From: a virus | Taxonomy: Duplodnaviria > Caudoviricetes | IMG/VR virus record: IMGVR_UViG_2974671799_000001 | Location: 32,001 to 96,000 of that record | Direction: 5' to 3' (one strand) | DNA length: 64,000 nt | Part shown: one piece after another, positions 31,018-41,293 of the stretch | Layout: each line of letters opens with the position of its first letter | How positions within the stretch are numbered: the first letter of the stretch is position 1 | The notes under the pieces: generated by a model | Told to the model about the DNA's origin: nothing | Seen by the model: only the letters and a program-made list of their open reading frames with translations | Database searches by the model: none | Program-made: the position numbers and the translations under genes

Positions 31018-32238
31018 TTAAATAAAATATGCCTTTAGGAATTTAGTTGCATCTTCCCTAATACGGTTTTTCTCAACCTTTAGTGTATATTCTAAATATA
31101 AATACTCACCTTTTTGGGCGTATATATTCATATCACAATGCCTTCTATTTTTGTTTACACCATCTAGTTCAATATATCTTTTAAATCCTTTAAAGCTACT
31201 TAAAAAAGTCTTACTAGATGTATTCTGTTTAGATATCTGAGCTTTTAAAAGTTTATCGGTTACAGAATCAACACATTCACCTAAATTTTTTTGTAGTGTT
31301 GTATCATTTGAGTTAACCTTTTCAATCTTTTTAACGAATTTTCTATATTGATTCATAATAGTTATATATCTAGCAACAAAACCACTTTGTGTATTTGCTA
31401 GTTTATATGCTATTTCCATCAATATTGTTCTTGATTTAAGTTCATCACCATGAAGGTCTTTTACAGCGTCTAAATCGAAGCTTATACCTAAATTATGCGA
31501 GAAACAACCATCAATAGTGTGTAACTTTTCCATATCATCAATATACTGAATACTGAAATATGTTCTTTGATTTACTGTATCACCGACACTAATATTTATT
31601 CTAGAATCATCAACATAAGATATTTCGGGTTTTATGTTGTGGATTATGTTTTCATATAAGCTAGAAAGGTTTGCTTTCATAGTACTTATACTTGTTTTGA
31701 TATTATTATGTTCTGATTCTGAAACACTTACACTAATATTAACTTTTGAGTGTAATTGTTTTCTATAAATTATGTAATTAAGGAGTTTATCGATTGAATC
31801 GAATCTCTTTTGGAATTTTACAGCATTTATATATTCGTTAATCGAAACATATCTTTTTGATGTTTTTTCAATCTCTAACACATACCCATTTTTAGAGAAG
31901 TTAACATTTGTTATGAAGTCAATATTGCATGACATACATGACTTAACAACTTCAATTAACTCATCCATTTCAATATTTTTATCGATTGATTCATTTACTG
32001 GAAATGTTATTGTCAATGATGATTGTTTGCCTATTTTAAAGTCTTTATCTTTATAAATAACTTCTGCGAATAGGTTTCTATTGTTATTATTTGGTTTGCT
32101 TAAATTTAGTGAAACTTCCATTCTATTATCCATATAAATGAATACTTTATCGGATTGTGTTTCAGTACCTAAATTAAACATAGCATCCAAACTACCTATA
32201 TTTTTTACTGATTCTATTGCTTTATCTAATCTTATCAC
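31018..32238 (-). CDS. Hypothetical protein
   Basis: 406-aa ORF, GTGA overlap with upstream stop. Confidence 0.7.
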   Translation of the reverse strand: MIRLDKAIESVKNIGSLDAMFNLGTETQSDKVFIYMDNRMEVSLNLSKPNNNNRNLFAEVIYKDKDFKIGKQSSLTITFPVNESIDKNIEMDELIEVVKSCMSCNIDFITNVNFSKNGYVLEIEKTSKRYVSINEYINAVKFQKRFDSIDKLLNYIIYRKQLHSKVNISVSVSESEHNNIKTSISTMKANLSSLYENIIHNIKPEISYVDDSRINISVGDTVNQRTYFSIQYIDDMEKLHTIDGCFSHNLGISFDLDAVKDLHGDELKSRTILMEIAYKLANTQSGFVARYITIMNQYRKFVKKIEKVNSNDTTLQKNLGECVDSVTDKLLKAQISKQNTSSKTFLSSFKGFKRYIELDGVNKNRRHCDMNIYAQKGEYLYLEYTLKVEKNRIREDATKFLKAYFI

Positions 32239-32501
32239 GTTTCTTTAGTTTTGTCTTTTGTGAAAATTTTATGTGTATCTAATACCGATTTTCTAATATT
32301 CATTGATTCTCTAGAAATATTTAAAAGTATTTTTCTAACTTTTTGATAATCGGTATGTTTCATCTTATGAAGTTCAGAAAAAAATGGTTCAGCTTCCTCA
32401 ACCATTTTTTTTAAACTCTGAAAATCATTATTTAGGAAGTCTGTTATTAATTTAACATTTTCCTTTAATTCGTTGGTAATTTCAACCTTTGTTCTTCTCA
32501 T
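32235..32501 (-). CDS. Small helical protein, possibly histone H1-like Hc1 family
   Basis: FQSLKKMVEEAE...KVRK.L..I......IRKSV resembles Bacteroidota Hc1-like proteins by eye. Confidence 0.4.
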   Translation of the reverse strand: MRRTKVEITNELKENVKLITDFLNNDFQSLKKMVEEAEPFFSELHKMKHTDYQKVRKILLNISRESMNIRKSVLDTHKIFTKDKTKET

Positions 32502-32941
32502 TATTCATACTTCTTTAGTGTTGTTAAAGAAATATAATGATAACACCCCTTTAGGAAATTGGTAAAAGAGCGCGCAATTGCAATCTTTTGAAAAGGTTCT
32601 TTCAATTCAATATCTACAAAATCCGTCCAAATATCATCACCAAACATACTTAAACGATATACTTCTGTATCACCAAACTTTTTTGATTTGATTGATAAAT
32701 TAAGTTCTACATCAGCACCCTTAAAATATTTCGTGAAAACAGAGTATGAATCTTGTGTTTCATATGACATAATGAAAACATTTTCATTTTTAACAACTCT
32801 AACATTCATTGTTTTCCTGAACTCATCCCAATTAGAATGCAGTTCACCCATTTTAAAATCTACTTGTTCAATTAATCGTTCAAGCTCTATTTCCTCACTA
32901 TTTGTTAGTTTACCTGTTTTTGTTTTCAATATTGATATCAT
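32501..32941 (-). CDS. Hypothetical protein
   Basis: 146-aa ORF. Confidence 0.6.
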   Translation of the reverse strand: MISILKTKTGKLTNSEEIELERLIEQVDFKMGELHSNWDEFRKTMNVRVVKNENVFIMSYETQDSYSVFTKYFKGADVELNLSIKSKKFGDTEVYRLSMFGDDIWTDFVDIELKEPFQKIAIARSFTNFLKGCYHYISLTTLKKYE

Positions 32942-32960
32942 TGTTTAAACATTTTGTTTT

Positions 32961-33212
32961 TTATCTATTCACATTTATCATATCATTAAGTCGTTTCTTG
33001 CTAACAGACCATAGCAATCTATCTGAATTATTGATATTATCTTCAAAAGTATAATGATTCTTATTACCTCTCTTTACAGCCCTTAAAAAGTGATGTACTT
33101 GGATTTCGCTGAAAATACCAAGCACTTCACCATCTATTGTACAAACTTCAATTTCATTTTCATCGTTATAATAAATATAAACGACTAATTCAATTTTATG
33201 AATGTTTTCCAC
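32961..33212 (-). CDS. Hypothetical protein
   Basis: 83-aa ORF. Confidence 0.55.
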   Translation of the reverse strand: MENIHKIELVVYIYYNDENEIEVCTIDGEVLGIFSEIQVHHFLRAVKRGNKNHYTFEDNINNSDRLLWSVSKKRLNDMINVNR

Positions 33213-33873
33213 TATATGTTTCCGATTCCTTTTCTAAGTCTCTTTCTAAAGCTTCTTTCATTGAAAATTTATCAGAGAATCTTGCTCTTAATTTATCAAT
33301 GTTTGTCTGTAAAAGTTCTTCGAATTTAGCAACAACTTCAACATATTCTAACTTATGCCAACCAAGCTCATAAATAATTCCTGCTACAGTTTTTATTGCA
33401 GATTCAACAATCTCTGTGGATTTATATTCAGCTCCATACGCAAATGACTTTTTAATATAATCACCAAAACTAAATCCTTCATAAATTAAGTTTTCTAAAG
33501 GATTAGCATATGTAGGGTAACCAAATACTCTTTTTATCATAGTGATTAAACTCGCATTCTTGTAATCTCTTTCTAATGAACATATATACATATATGCTTG
33601 TGTGAAAATTTCACCAAAATTTATGTTAAGCTCTTCTTTTCTTAACTCACTTTCGACACCAATAAACCACAATATATCACCACATTCCTCATATGCATTA
33701 TCCATATCGTTATTGAATAATGCTTTTAGTAGCTCACCAACTTCACCACTAACTCCTAATCCCATGTGTGTGGAGTTATTTAATGGTGTTCCCAAGTCGT
33801 TGAATGTTCTCATACATAAAGATGTGTAGTTTTCGATATTTACATCATTTTTTGGAAAATTTGTTTTACTCAT
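33196..33873 (-). CDS. MazG-like nucleotide pyrophosphohydrolase (extended)
   Basis: LGVSGEVGEL...EECGDILWF; C-terminal NIDKLRARF. Confidence 0.8.
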   Translation of the reverse strand: MSKTNFPKNDVNIENYTSLCMRTFNDLGTPLNNSTHMGLGVSGEVGELLKALFNNDMDNAYEECGDILWFIGVESELRKEELNINFGEIFTQAYMYICSLERDYKNASLITMIKRVFGYPTYANPLENLIYEGFSFGDYIKKSFAYGAEYKSTEIVESAIKTVAGIIYELGWHKLEYVEVVAKFEELLQTNIDKLRARFSDKFSMKEALERDLEKESETYSGKHS

Positions 33874-33917
33874 AAAAATTATTGTTTTTAAAAAAATTAT
33901 TGTTTAAATTTTACTAT

Positions 33918-34178
33918 TTATTCTATTGCTAAGTTCATATACATTTGAGCAAAATGTTCAAATTTTGGGTCACATTTTAGAACTTCTTCACACCTTACTA
34001 GAAATAAAACTAGTGGTAATCCCGAAACCTCAACAATCCTAAATAGTGTACCTGTTTTAACATCCTTACTATTCCAAATATTATTCAAGTGTTGTTGAGA
34101 TATTTCTAATTTTTCAGCAATTTCTTTTAATACTATATCATTTTCGACTAGTACTTCGCGTATTATTTTCGCATCCAT
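33918..34178 (-). CDS. XRE-family helix-turn-helix regulator
   Basis: LKEIAEKLEISQQHLNN..NSKDVKTGTL; promoter 34224-34255. Confidence 0.85.
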   Translation of the reverse strand: MDAKIIREVLVENDIVLKEIAEKLEISQQHLNNIWNSKDVKTGTLFRIVEVSGLPLVLFLVRCEEVLKCDPKFEHFAQMYMNLAIE

Positions 34179-34273
34179 CTATATCACAAGGGGTTTTAAA
34201 TTATTGTAATAGCTTATATTTTGCAAATTTATGTATTTTTATCATTTAAACCAAATTTATTTGTAGAAAATGG

Positions 34274-34310
34274 AAAAGTCCAGTTTTTTAATTAAAAAAC
34301 TGGACTTTTT
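34274..34310. terminator. Intrinsic terminator (near-perfect palindrome)
   Basis: AAAAGTCCAGTTTTTTAATTAAAAAACTGGACTTTT. Confidence 0.75.
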
Positions 34311-34375
34311 ATGTGTATTAAAGTTGACATTTTGTATGAAAAAACAGACAAATGTGTATTAAAGTTGACATTTTG
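34311..34375. repeat. Two perfect 24-bp direct repeats, 41-bp period
   Basis: ATGTGTATTAAAGTTGACATTTTG at 34311-34334 and 34352-34375. Confidence 0.9.
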
Positions 34376-34391
34376 ACGGTTTTATCATACA

Positions 34392-35861
34392 TTATTTTTC
34401 AATCCTTTCAATATTACCGTAACTCACAACTATATTATTTTCATCAAGTAAATAATAGGTTTTATCAGTTGTGTAGAATGATTCACTACCAACAGTAAAT
34501 GTTGTTTTACTATCTGTAACATTCTCATAACTAGAATTTCCTATCATAAGTTTAACCTTACTCAATAAACTCAAATCGATATCAGTATTTATTCTCACCG
34601 TCTGTATAAAAGGTGTTAAGGTGATGGTGTTTAATCGACCCTCAACCTTTACGAAAACTGGTCTATCAATATTAACTATTTTAGGTGTATCGTTCTTATA
34701 TACAACCTGTCTAACATCCTTTGTGACATTCCTAGTTAATCTATCTTCTGAAATATCTAAATTTATTTCTTGAACCTTTAAAATATCAGGATTCGCAATA
34801 ACAACTTGACCACTTCTACGAATAGTACTATTATCATTCATTGTGATAACACATTCTATTTCAACATTAATTTGTGAAGATTCGTCTTGTGGATTCAATC
34901 TATATTCAGTAATAGAAAACATATCAATCGGATTAGATAATTTAATAACTCTATTACCTATTAAATCTGAATTTTCTTTATATTCTGAAAACAAAAATGT
35001 ATATTCAACACTTACAGGTGTTGAATCTATTTTAAGCATAGATTCTAAATCAAATCTCTCGTGGATTATCTGAGCAGAAACAGTACCATTAGATTTTACA
35101 CTAGCTTCTAAAACAATTTCATCATTACTAAATCTTGCAGAAAATTGTGAACGTGATTTATCAGCATCATAGAACTTTGTAAATTGCTTACCAAACTCAC
35201 TAAAGTTTACAATTTCAGATATATTAACACCTGCGTGTTCAACAAAAAGTGTATCAATATCATCTGTTCCAAATAAATACTCTTTTATTTCTATAACATC
35301 CGAATTTTCACTAGTAAATAAGTATTGTAAATCCAACATTCTAAACTCAATAGCTGAGTTGAAAACTTGATTATCAAATAATACTTCGGGAATTGCTAAA
35401 ATCTTTGAATTATCATAAGTATCTAAAACACTTAGTAAATCAACCCTTTGATTATTACTTGGTCTTATTGCACTAATATTTAAAGTTGTCATAGCAACAC
35501 CATCACCTACAGTAGAGTATGAAAACCCTTGTGCAAATAACATTCTAACTTTCTTATATTGAATAGTTGGATTTGAAACTAAACTTAGAATTGTGTTTAA
35601 ATCCTTGTTATCATGAAAGTTTGCTGAAATTTTATCATCAGGATAAAAGTTTGGTGTTGATGAAAGGAAAATATTATCCTCACTTATATATGAGTTTTCG
35701 CGGTCTTCATTTTGACCATCTTCAAATAATAACATTTTCCTGTTATAGAAATCAGCACCAAAATCATAAGCTAATAATTTTGGTGACTCATTTATATTTA
35801 TTGACTCAATAGCATCGGTAATCTCTAATACTACATTTTTTGAAATTCGTATTCTATTCAT
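34392..35861 (-). CDS. Hypothetical beta-rich acidic protein (possibly structural)
   Basis: 489-aa ORF. Confidence 0.7.
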   Translation of the reverse strand: MNRIRISKNVVLEITDAIESININESPKLLAYDFGADFYNRKMLLFEDGQNEDRENSYISEDNIFLSSTPNFYPDDKISANFHDNKDLNTILSLVSNPTIQYKKVRMLFAQGFSYSTVGDGVAMTTLNISAIRPSNNQRVDLLSVLDTYDNSKILAIPEVLFDNQVFNSAIEFRMLDLQYLFTSENSDVIEIKEYLFGTDDIDTLFVEHAGVNISEIVNFSEFGKQFTKFYDADKSRSQFSARFSNDEIVLEASVKSNGTVSAQIIHERFDLESMLKIDSTPVSVEYTFLFSEYKENSDLIGNRVIKLSNPIDMFSITEYRLNPQDESSQINVEIECVITMNDNSTIRRSGQVVIANPDILKVQEINLDISEDRLTRNVTKDVRQVVYKNDTPKIVNIDRPVFVKVEGRLNTITLTPFIQTVRINTDIDLSLLSKVKLMIGNSSYENVTDSKTTFTVGSESFYTTDKTYYLLDENNIVVSYGNIERIEK

Positions 35862-35878
35862 TGTTAATTTATCTTTAT

Positions 35879-36655
35879 TTATTTATCTTTTGAGACTAAA
35901 ACAATTTTATGTTCCATATCACTCATAAGATAAACTCTTATTGATAACACATCTTTAATCTTTTTATATTCTTTAACAGCATTAATTAAATATTCCAAAT
36001 GTTTCTTATCAGGTTTTTGTCTATACTGTTCTTTAATTTTTTCAACAAAGAAATAGATATTGGTATAGTTAGCATAATTATCCTTTGACTGATACCACAT
36101 TATTTTAGAAAAATCACTATAATCATCATCTAATAAAAGTATAGCGTGACCCATTTCATGAGCTAAAACATAAGCTCTACCAGTTGAGTCAAAATATGTC
36201 GCATCTGAAAGAACTATTTCATCAGGGAATAATTCACCATCTATAACATCAAATGTTGTATAAGCTATTGGATAAACTTTATCACCATTTTTATTAATTG
36301 AATATCCCATATTATGAGATTCCTTAACATAGAATAAAATATTATCGTAACGTTCTTGATATTTATCATTCCAAAAACCATTATCAATTCCTATCTGTCT
36401 CCAAATTTCAGCATCCTTTTCGACTTCGGGTGAATCATATTTCATATTGAAATTTCTAGTCTGCATTTCATTTACTGTTTCGATTGTGAAATTTTTACCG
36501 TTATACCAACCAGTATTATAACTAATTCGGAACACTATAACCACCACCAACATGAAAGTTAGTGGTGAGAAAATTAGTCTAAAATCTTCAACACTTCTTA
36601 GTTTGTTTAACACACCTTCTATAACATTTGTACTCTTTTTTGTAAATTTCTTCAT
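35879..36655 (-). CDS. Membrane-anchored zinc metalloprotease (metzincin-like)
   Basis: N-terminal TM, VLAHEMGHA, downstream IMWY Met-turn. Confidence 0.7.
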   Translation of the reverse strand: MKKFTKKSTNVIEGVLNKLRSVEDFRLIFSPLTFMLVVVIVFRISYNTGWYNGKNFTIETVNEMQTRNFNMKYDSPEVEKDAEIWRQIGIDNGFWNDKYQERYDNILFYVKESHNMGYSINKNGDKVYPIAYTTFDVIDGELFPDEIVLSDATYFDSTGRAYVLAHEMGHAILLLDDDYSDFSKIMWYQSKDNYANYTNIYFFVEKIKEQYRQKPDKKHLEYLINAVKEYKKIKDVLSIRVYLMSDMEHKIVLVSKDK

Positions 36656-36800
36656 TATTTTACTGAATTTAATTCGTTATCTATTTCTTTTAAAAGTTCT
36701 TCATTCTTAACACATTCTCTATGAATGTCACCTTCTTTAATCATATTTTTTAAAATGTCTCTATCGACAGACTTACATATATAATCAAATTTGCTCATAA

Positions 36801-38768
36801 TTAACTCCTTTTATCTGTTGCTACCTTTGTTTTCATTGTTCTTTCAAAATCATTTGATGATTTAATACTCAAAACCTTCTTTGATAAATCATAATTTTGC
36901 TTTATGTTTTCTTCGATAGTTTCATCCAAAATATCATAATTTATATCATTGAATCTAATATTATCGAATGAACTAAAGTCTATAGTATCTATTTTAACTC
37001 CATTATCATTGATATAAGAAATTAAATATCTATCAACATTATGTAACTCATACTCATCATTAACAATATTTATATATTTCTCAGAGCTATGTGTTTTATT
37101 AATAAATAATCTTCCACTTTTCAACAAACTAACAGATTCTGTATAATTATTAATATCAGCATAACCATATTCCCAAATTTGATTAGATAGTTTTTTAGCA
37201 AAATAATCTAAAGAATTTGCTTTAAATATTTTCTCATATCTATTATTGATAATACCCAAAGGTGCGCTGTATTCATTTATTGATAATTTTTTACTTTCAA
37301 TTATGTTGTGATAATCTTTAACAAATTGTTTTGACGAATCATGTTCCAAATCATATAAGATAAAACTAGTATCATTAACTATTTGTTTAAATGTTTCATA
37401 AATCATTCTTTCAAAAAGATTATTACTATTCTTACTTTTAAAGTATTTTGTTACTTCAAAATGTCTATAATTTTCAACCTCACCAACCTTATTGAAATTA
37501 TTATCAAAAAACTCAGCGTGTGAAACTAGTTTATTCTGATATTTTTTAATCTTGTTGCGTCTATATGTTGATACAATATAACCATTTTCAGATTTATAAA
37601 GAAAAGAAACACTACTATCATGTTTATACACCAAATTCGTTAATGTTTGTATTGTCGTTTTGATATATTCATCATACTTTAGTTTTATTTCATATTTTTC
37701 CCTTTTATAATCATCAACCAATTCAGAAAATTCTATTCCGTTTTTAGTTTTACCGCCATTTTTTAACATTAAAATAAATGAATATCTCTCTAACGCTTCA
37801 CTATCAATATTACCATTTAATACACCATCAATGATAGTTTTAATGTTATAATCCCACGAATCCAATACATTTTCGAATGAACCACATTCTATTGAAACCT
37901 TTCTATTTTTAACACTTTTACTCATTTTTGTTGGGAATTTTATATTTTCGCCACCAATATAGTGTTCGTGATTTCTTATTTTGAAATTCTCAATAGACTT
38001 TTTAATATTACCACCAATGTTGTAGGTTTTTGATTCATCAATATCGAACATTAAATCTACTGGCTCATCCTTCATCAATACAGTAAATCTATGACCATCG
38101 AAATATACATCACTTGGTAAATTAATTTTTGAAATGAAATCATTTTCACATTCCTTTATTTCTCTTTGATAATCATAAATTTTACACAATTTATCTGAAT
38201 TAACTCTACCGTAATTTGAATTTTTACTATAATCAAATAAGTCATTTAAGAAACTTATACCATTAACTTTAACCAATTTACTACTTTCCAATGAATTTAT
38301 ATTAACCTCTTCGATTCGTCTTCTAAATTCCAAATCAACAACACCTAATCCAAACCAAAGGTTACATAATGTTCTTTTAGAATATGTTTTTATTGCTTTC
38401 TTACTATAATCATCTAAGAATGCAAAATTAAAAGCATCATCATCTTTAGGAAACTTTTCGAAATCAGATTCATTCAATAATGAAAGTCTAAATATATGTT
38501 GTAATGTAATATCCTTTTTATTTTCAGTATTTCGCAAATAAACTAGATACTTATATACAAATACAGCATTTTGGATAAGTGGTGTGTATAAGAACACCTC
38601 ATCCATATTTCTAAAACATTTTGATTTAACATTATTTATATCATAACCATCAAAGAATCTAACAGGTATATTTTTATTATAATCCTTTATATAATAAGAT
38701 AATGATTTTTTTGGATTGAAATCATCATTATACAATTCCTGAAATAAGTGCTTTTTAATTTTATTCAT
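36801..38768 (-). CDS. Degenerate, likely inactive B-family (gp43-like) DNA polymerase
   Basis: By-eye colinear relics of gp43 blocks with the catalytic Asp residues absent (see findings). Confidence 0.5.
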   Translation of the reverse strand: MNKIKKHLFQELYNDDFNPKKSLSYYIKDYNKNIPVRFFDGYDINNVKSKCFRNMDEVFLYTPLIQNAVFVYKYLVYLRNTENKKDITLQHIFRLSLLNESDFEKFPKDDDAFNFAFLDDYSKKAIKTYSKRTLCNLWFGLGVVDLEFRRRIEEVNINSLESSKLVKVNGISFLNDLFDYSKNSNYGRVNSDKLCKIYDYQREIKECENDFISKINLPSDVYFDGHRFTVLMKDEPVDLMFDIDESKTYNIGGNIKKSIENFKIRNHEHYIGGENIKFPTKMSKSVKNRKVSIECGSFENVLDSWDYNIKTIIDGVLNGNIDSEALERYSFILMLKNGGKTKNGIEFSELVDDYKREKYEIKLKYDEYIKTTIQTLTNLVYKHDSSVSFLYKSENGYIVSTYRRNKIKKYQNKLVSHAEFFDNNFNKVGEVENYRHFEVTKYFKSKNSNNLFERMIYETFKQIVNDTSFILYDLEHDSSKQFVKDYHNIIESKKLSINEYSAPLGIINNRYEKIFKANSLDYFAKKLSNQIWEYGYADINNYTESVSLLKSGRLFINKTHSSEKYINIVNDEYELHNVDRYLISYINDNGVKIDTIDFSSFDNIRFNDINYDILDETIEENIKQNYDLSKKVLSIKSSNDFERTMKTKVATDKRS

Positions 38769-39102
38769 AGAGTCTATGTAAATATAAGGTTAATGCATTC
38801 AACATAGCATCCACACGTAGATTATCAGAGAAGTCATAACAATCTTGGGTATAATCAATAGTTATATCATTGTTTGTGTCTTCTATTTTATAATTAACAG
38901 ACTTGTAAAAATTACCCTTACTATCTTTATTACTGGTTACTGAAAAACTAACAGTCACACCAACAGTATTGAAATTCTCATACCTATCATAGAAAACTTC
39001 CAACCAACGAGGGTTTTTATAACTTACACTAACATCAGTATGTTTTGTTATTAAACTGATTTTATCATTAATCGATAATTCGTAAACTTCTTTATTAGTC
39101 AT
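38761..39102 (-). CDS. Hypothetical protein
   Basis: 113-aa ORF overlapping the start of the PolB-like gene. Confidence 0.6.
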   Translation of the reverse strand: MTNKEVYELSINDKISLITKHTDVSVSYKNPRWLEVFYDRYENFNTVGVTVSFSVTSNKDSKGNFYKSVNYKIEDTNNDITIDYTQDCYDFSDNLRVDAMLNALTLYLHRLYE

Positions 39103-39191
39103 TTTTATTATTATTTAAAATTGAATTACAAATATACATAAATATTTGAAATAAAAAAATTCCAACTATTTTTAGTTGGAATTTTTTATTA

Positions 39192-39377
39192 TTATTTCTT
39201 CTTCTTTTTATTTGGTTTACTATCCAAATCAGAACCTGTTTTTGAATCTATGGTATCAGTAACATTAGATGATATATCACCATTTGTTACAGAACCCATA
39301 CCATCAATACCATCAGGTGTACTAGCGAACTCATTTTCACTTATCTTCTCTTCTAAGTATATACTAATCTTCTTCAT
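39192..39377 (-). CDS. Small putative internal head protein
   Basis: MKKISIYLEEKISE tag, low-complexity body, KKKKK tail. Confidence 0.55.
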   Translation of the reverse strand: MKKISIYLEEKISENEFASTPDGIDGMGSVTNGDISSNVTDTIDSKTGSDLDSKPNKKKKK

Positions 39378-40227
39378 TCGTCTCAGGTTCTATAACTTTA
39401 ACTTCTATTTTACTACCAGTTTCATCAATTTCTTCCTTATCTTCTAACTCATCTTCATTAACTGTTGTATTTATTTGTTTATCACCTTGACCATCTGAAA
39501 TATAATAAGGAACTTCTTCACTCTTATTCATTATAGCAGGTAAAACTTTAGTTCTTTCTTTACCATCAGCAGTTGTTGTCTTAATGTTTAAATTCATCAT
39601 TTCACCATCCTTAATATATGAATCTAAATCATCAGTTTTAACCAAATCTTTTAAATCATCTTTACGTACAATATCAGAATCATTTAGAGCCTCATTTACA
39701 GCATCATTTACAGCATCATTTAAACCATCATTTAAACCATCATTTAAACCATCACCTATTTTAGATTTTAATGCTTTTGTGAAATCAAGTTCTCCTGCAT
39801 ATGCTTTAATTGTGAATGGAATCATGATTGCAAAAGGAATAGCTATTATCATACTAGACCAATTTACAGCATCAGTTCCCCAAACAGAAATAACATATTT
39901 ATTAGCCCAGTAATAAACGTTTGCGTATATTTCGAATGCAAAGAAAAGCCATACTAACTGTTTTACAACCTTTGAACCACCATTTGAAGCTCGGATTGTA
40001 AAGTAAAGTAATGCACCACTTAAACCGAATGCACCAATTGTCGTTTGAATTAGGTTCAACCAAAAGATATCAAATGATGATAATTGAAAAAATAAGAATC
40101 CATTATGGAAAGTTTGAGTGATTACACCTAATGTTGCTAAAATAAATGCTGTTCCAGTAGAACCGAATTTTTCAGCAAATTCAATGACCTTTAATAAAGG
40201 TACTTTGTTTGTCTGTTGTTTACTCAT
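39364..40227 (-). CDS. Four-TM membrane protein with acidic tail and 4-aa repeats
   Basis: Four hydrophobic helices; GLND/AVND repeats. Confidence 0.7.
   Translation of the reverse strand: MSKQQTNKVPLLKVIEFAEKFGSTGTAFILATLGVITQTFHNGFLFFQLSSFDIFWLNLIQTTIGAFGLSGALLYFTIRASNGGSKVVKQLVWLFFAFEIYANVYYWANKYVISVWGTDAVNWSSMIIAIPFAIMIPFTIKAYAGELDFTKALKSKIGDGLNDGLNDGLNDAVNDAVNEALNDSDIVRKDDLKDLVKTDDLDSYIKDGEMMNLNIKTTTADGKERTKVLPAIMNKSEEVPYYISDGQGDKQINTTVNEDELEDKEEIDETGSKIEVKVIEPETNEED
39680..39754. repeat. Coding 12-bp tandem repeat, about 6 units
   Basis: TCATTTA(G/C/A)A(G/C)C(C/A) units. Confidence 0.85.
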
Positions 40228-40266
40228 GTTTGAAAAATGTTTAAAAAATGTTATGTAAAATTGATT

Positions 40267-41220
40267 TTAAGCGTATATAGAGTAATTTTTTTCCCAAGAT
40301 GGTATATAGATATCAACATTACTAGAAAAGTCTCTTAAAACGAATGGTAGAGCTTCTCGTAAAACATCATCTTTATCCATTAGGATTGTCATATTAGTAT
40401 CTTTTAACTTCCTTACAAGTCTATCACTCGATGAAAAAGAATCTTGAATCATCTGAATAGTATCTTCTAGTGAATAATCTAATACATTACTAAATATCAC
40501 TTGTTTATATTTATATATCTTTTTATCCTTAATTACATCATCAAATACTCTACTTGACCCATAAACAGGTGTAGGCATTATTAAAACTTTATGATTTGGG
40601 TTTTTAGACATATAATCTATTAAATCTTTATACTGAGGGCAAATCTTTTGTGATAGTATATCTGAATAAACTTTTTTAGTTAATTCATCCTCATGATGTA
40701 GATTTTCTTTAAACTCAGTAAAAGTCAATGCATTAGTCATACATTGGTCAACATCAGTTACTTTAAAATCTTCATCTGAATCAACAATATCATAAAAACT
40801 ATAATCATCACTTATTCTAGATTCTGATGTATAATCATCGGAATCATTGAATGCGTCCATAATAATCGAATCATTAGTTCCCATTTGCATTTCTTTAGTT
40901 TCGCGATATGTTGTACCATAGCATGAACTAAATCTAAATTCAACATTACCATCCAATAATTCGTTAGTAATCTCTTTTAGAATATCAACATCTGATGGTT
41001 TTGATTTAGCATCCATTACTAAAATAAAATCATCGAACATTGAACGACTATAATAGTATCTAAATAGTGACAATGCTCTAAAAACAGATGGGCATGATAA
41101 AATAGATGGTGTTTCATCTGAAAATTTATAATCCTTGTGTATTGCTATATAAGCAAATGTTTTTGTATTCATATAAAAATATTTTTTTGCAAATAACGTG
41201 ATTAATTTTTGATTATACAA
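40267..41220 (-). CDS. Hypothetical protein, possibly degenerate DHFR fold
   Basis: 317-aa ORF; weak by-eye DHFR-like strand pattern. Confidence 0.6.
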   Translation of the reverse strand: MYNQKLITLFAKKYFYMNTKTFAYIAIHKDYKFSDETPSILSCPSVFRALSLFRYYYSRSMFDDFILVMDAKSKPSDVDILKEITNELLDGNVEFRFSSCYGTTYRETKEMQMGTNDSIIMDAFNDSDDYTSESRISDDYSFYDIVDSDEDFKVTDVDQCMTNALTFTEFKENLHHEDELTKKVYSDILSQKICPQYKDLIDYMSKNPNHKVLIMPTPVYGSSRVFDDVIKDKKIYKYKQVIFSNVLDYSLEDTIQMIQDSFSSSDRLVRKLKDTNMTILMDKDDVLREALPFVLRDFSSNVDIYIPSWEKNYSIYA

Positions 41221-41293
41221 ATAAAGTGACTAAATTTTAAAAATCTAGCCACTTTTTGTAAAATTATAAACAATAATATAATCAACTTATTCT

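Noticed and set aside
34311-34375. Mini CRISPR array
   Set aside because: Only two 24-bp repeats with a 17-nt spacer, no repeat palindrome and no cas genes in the window
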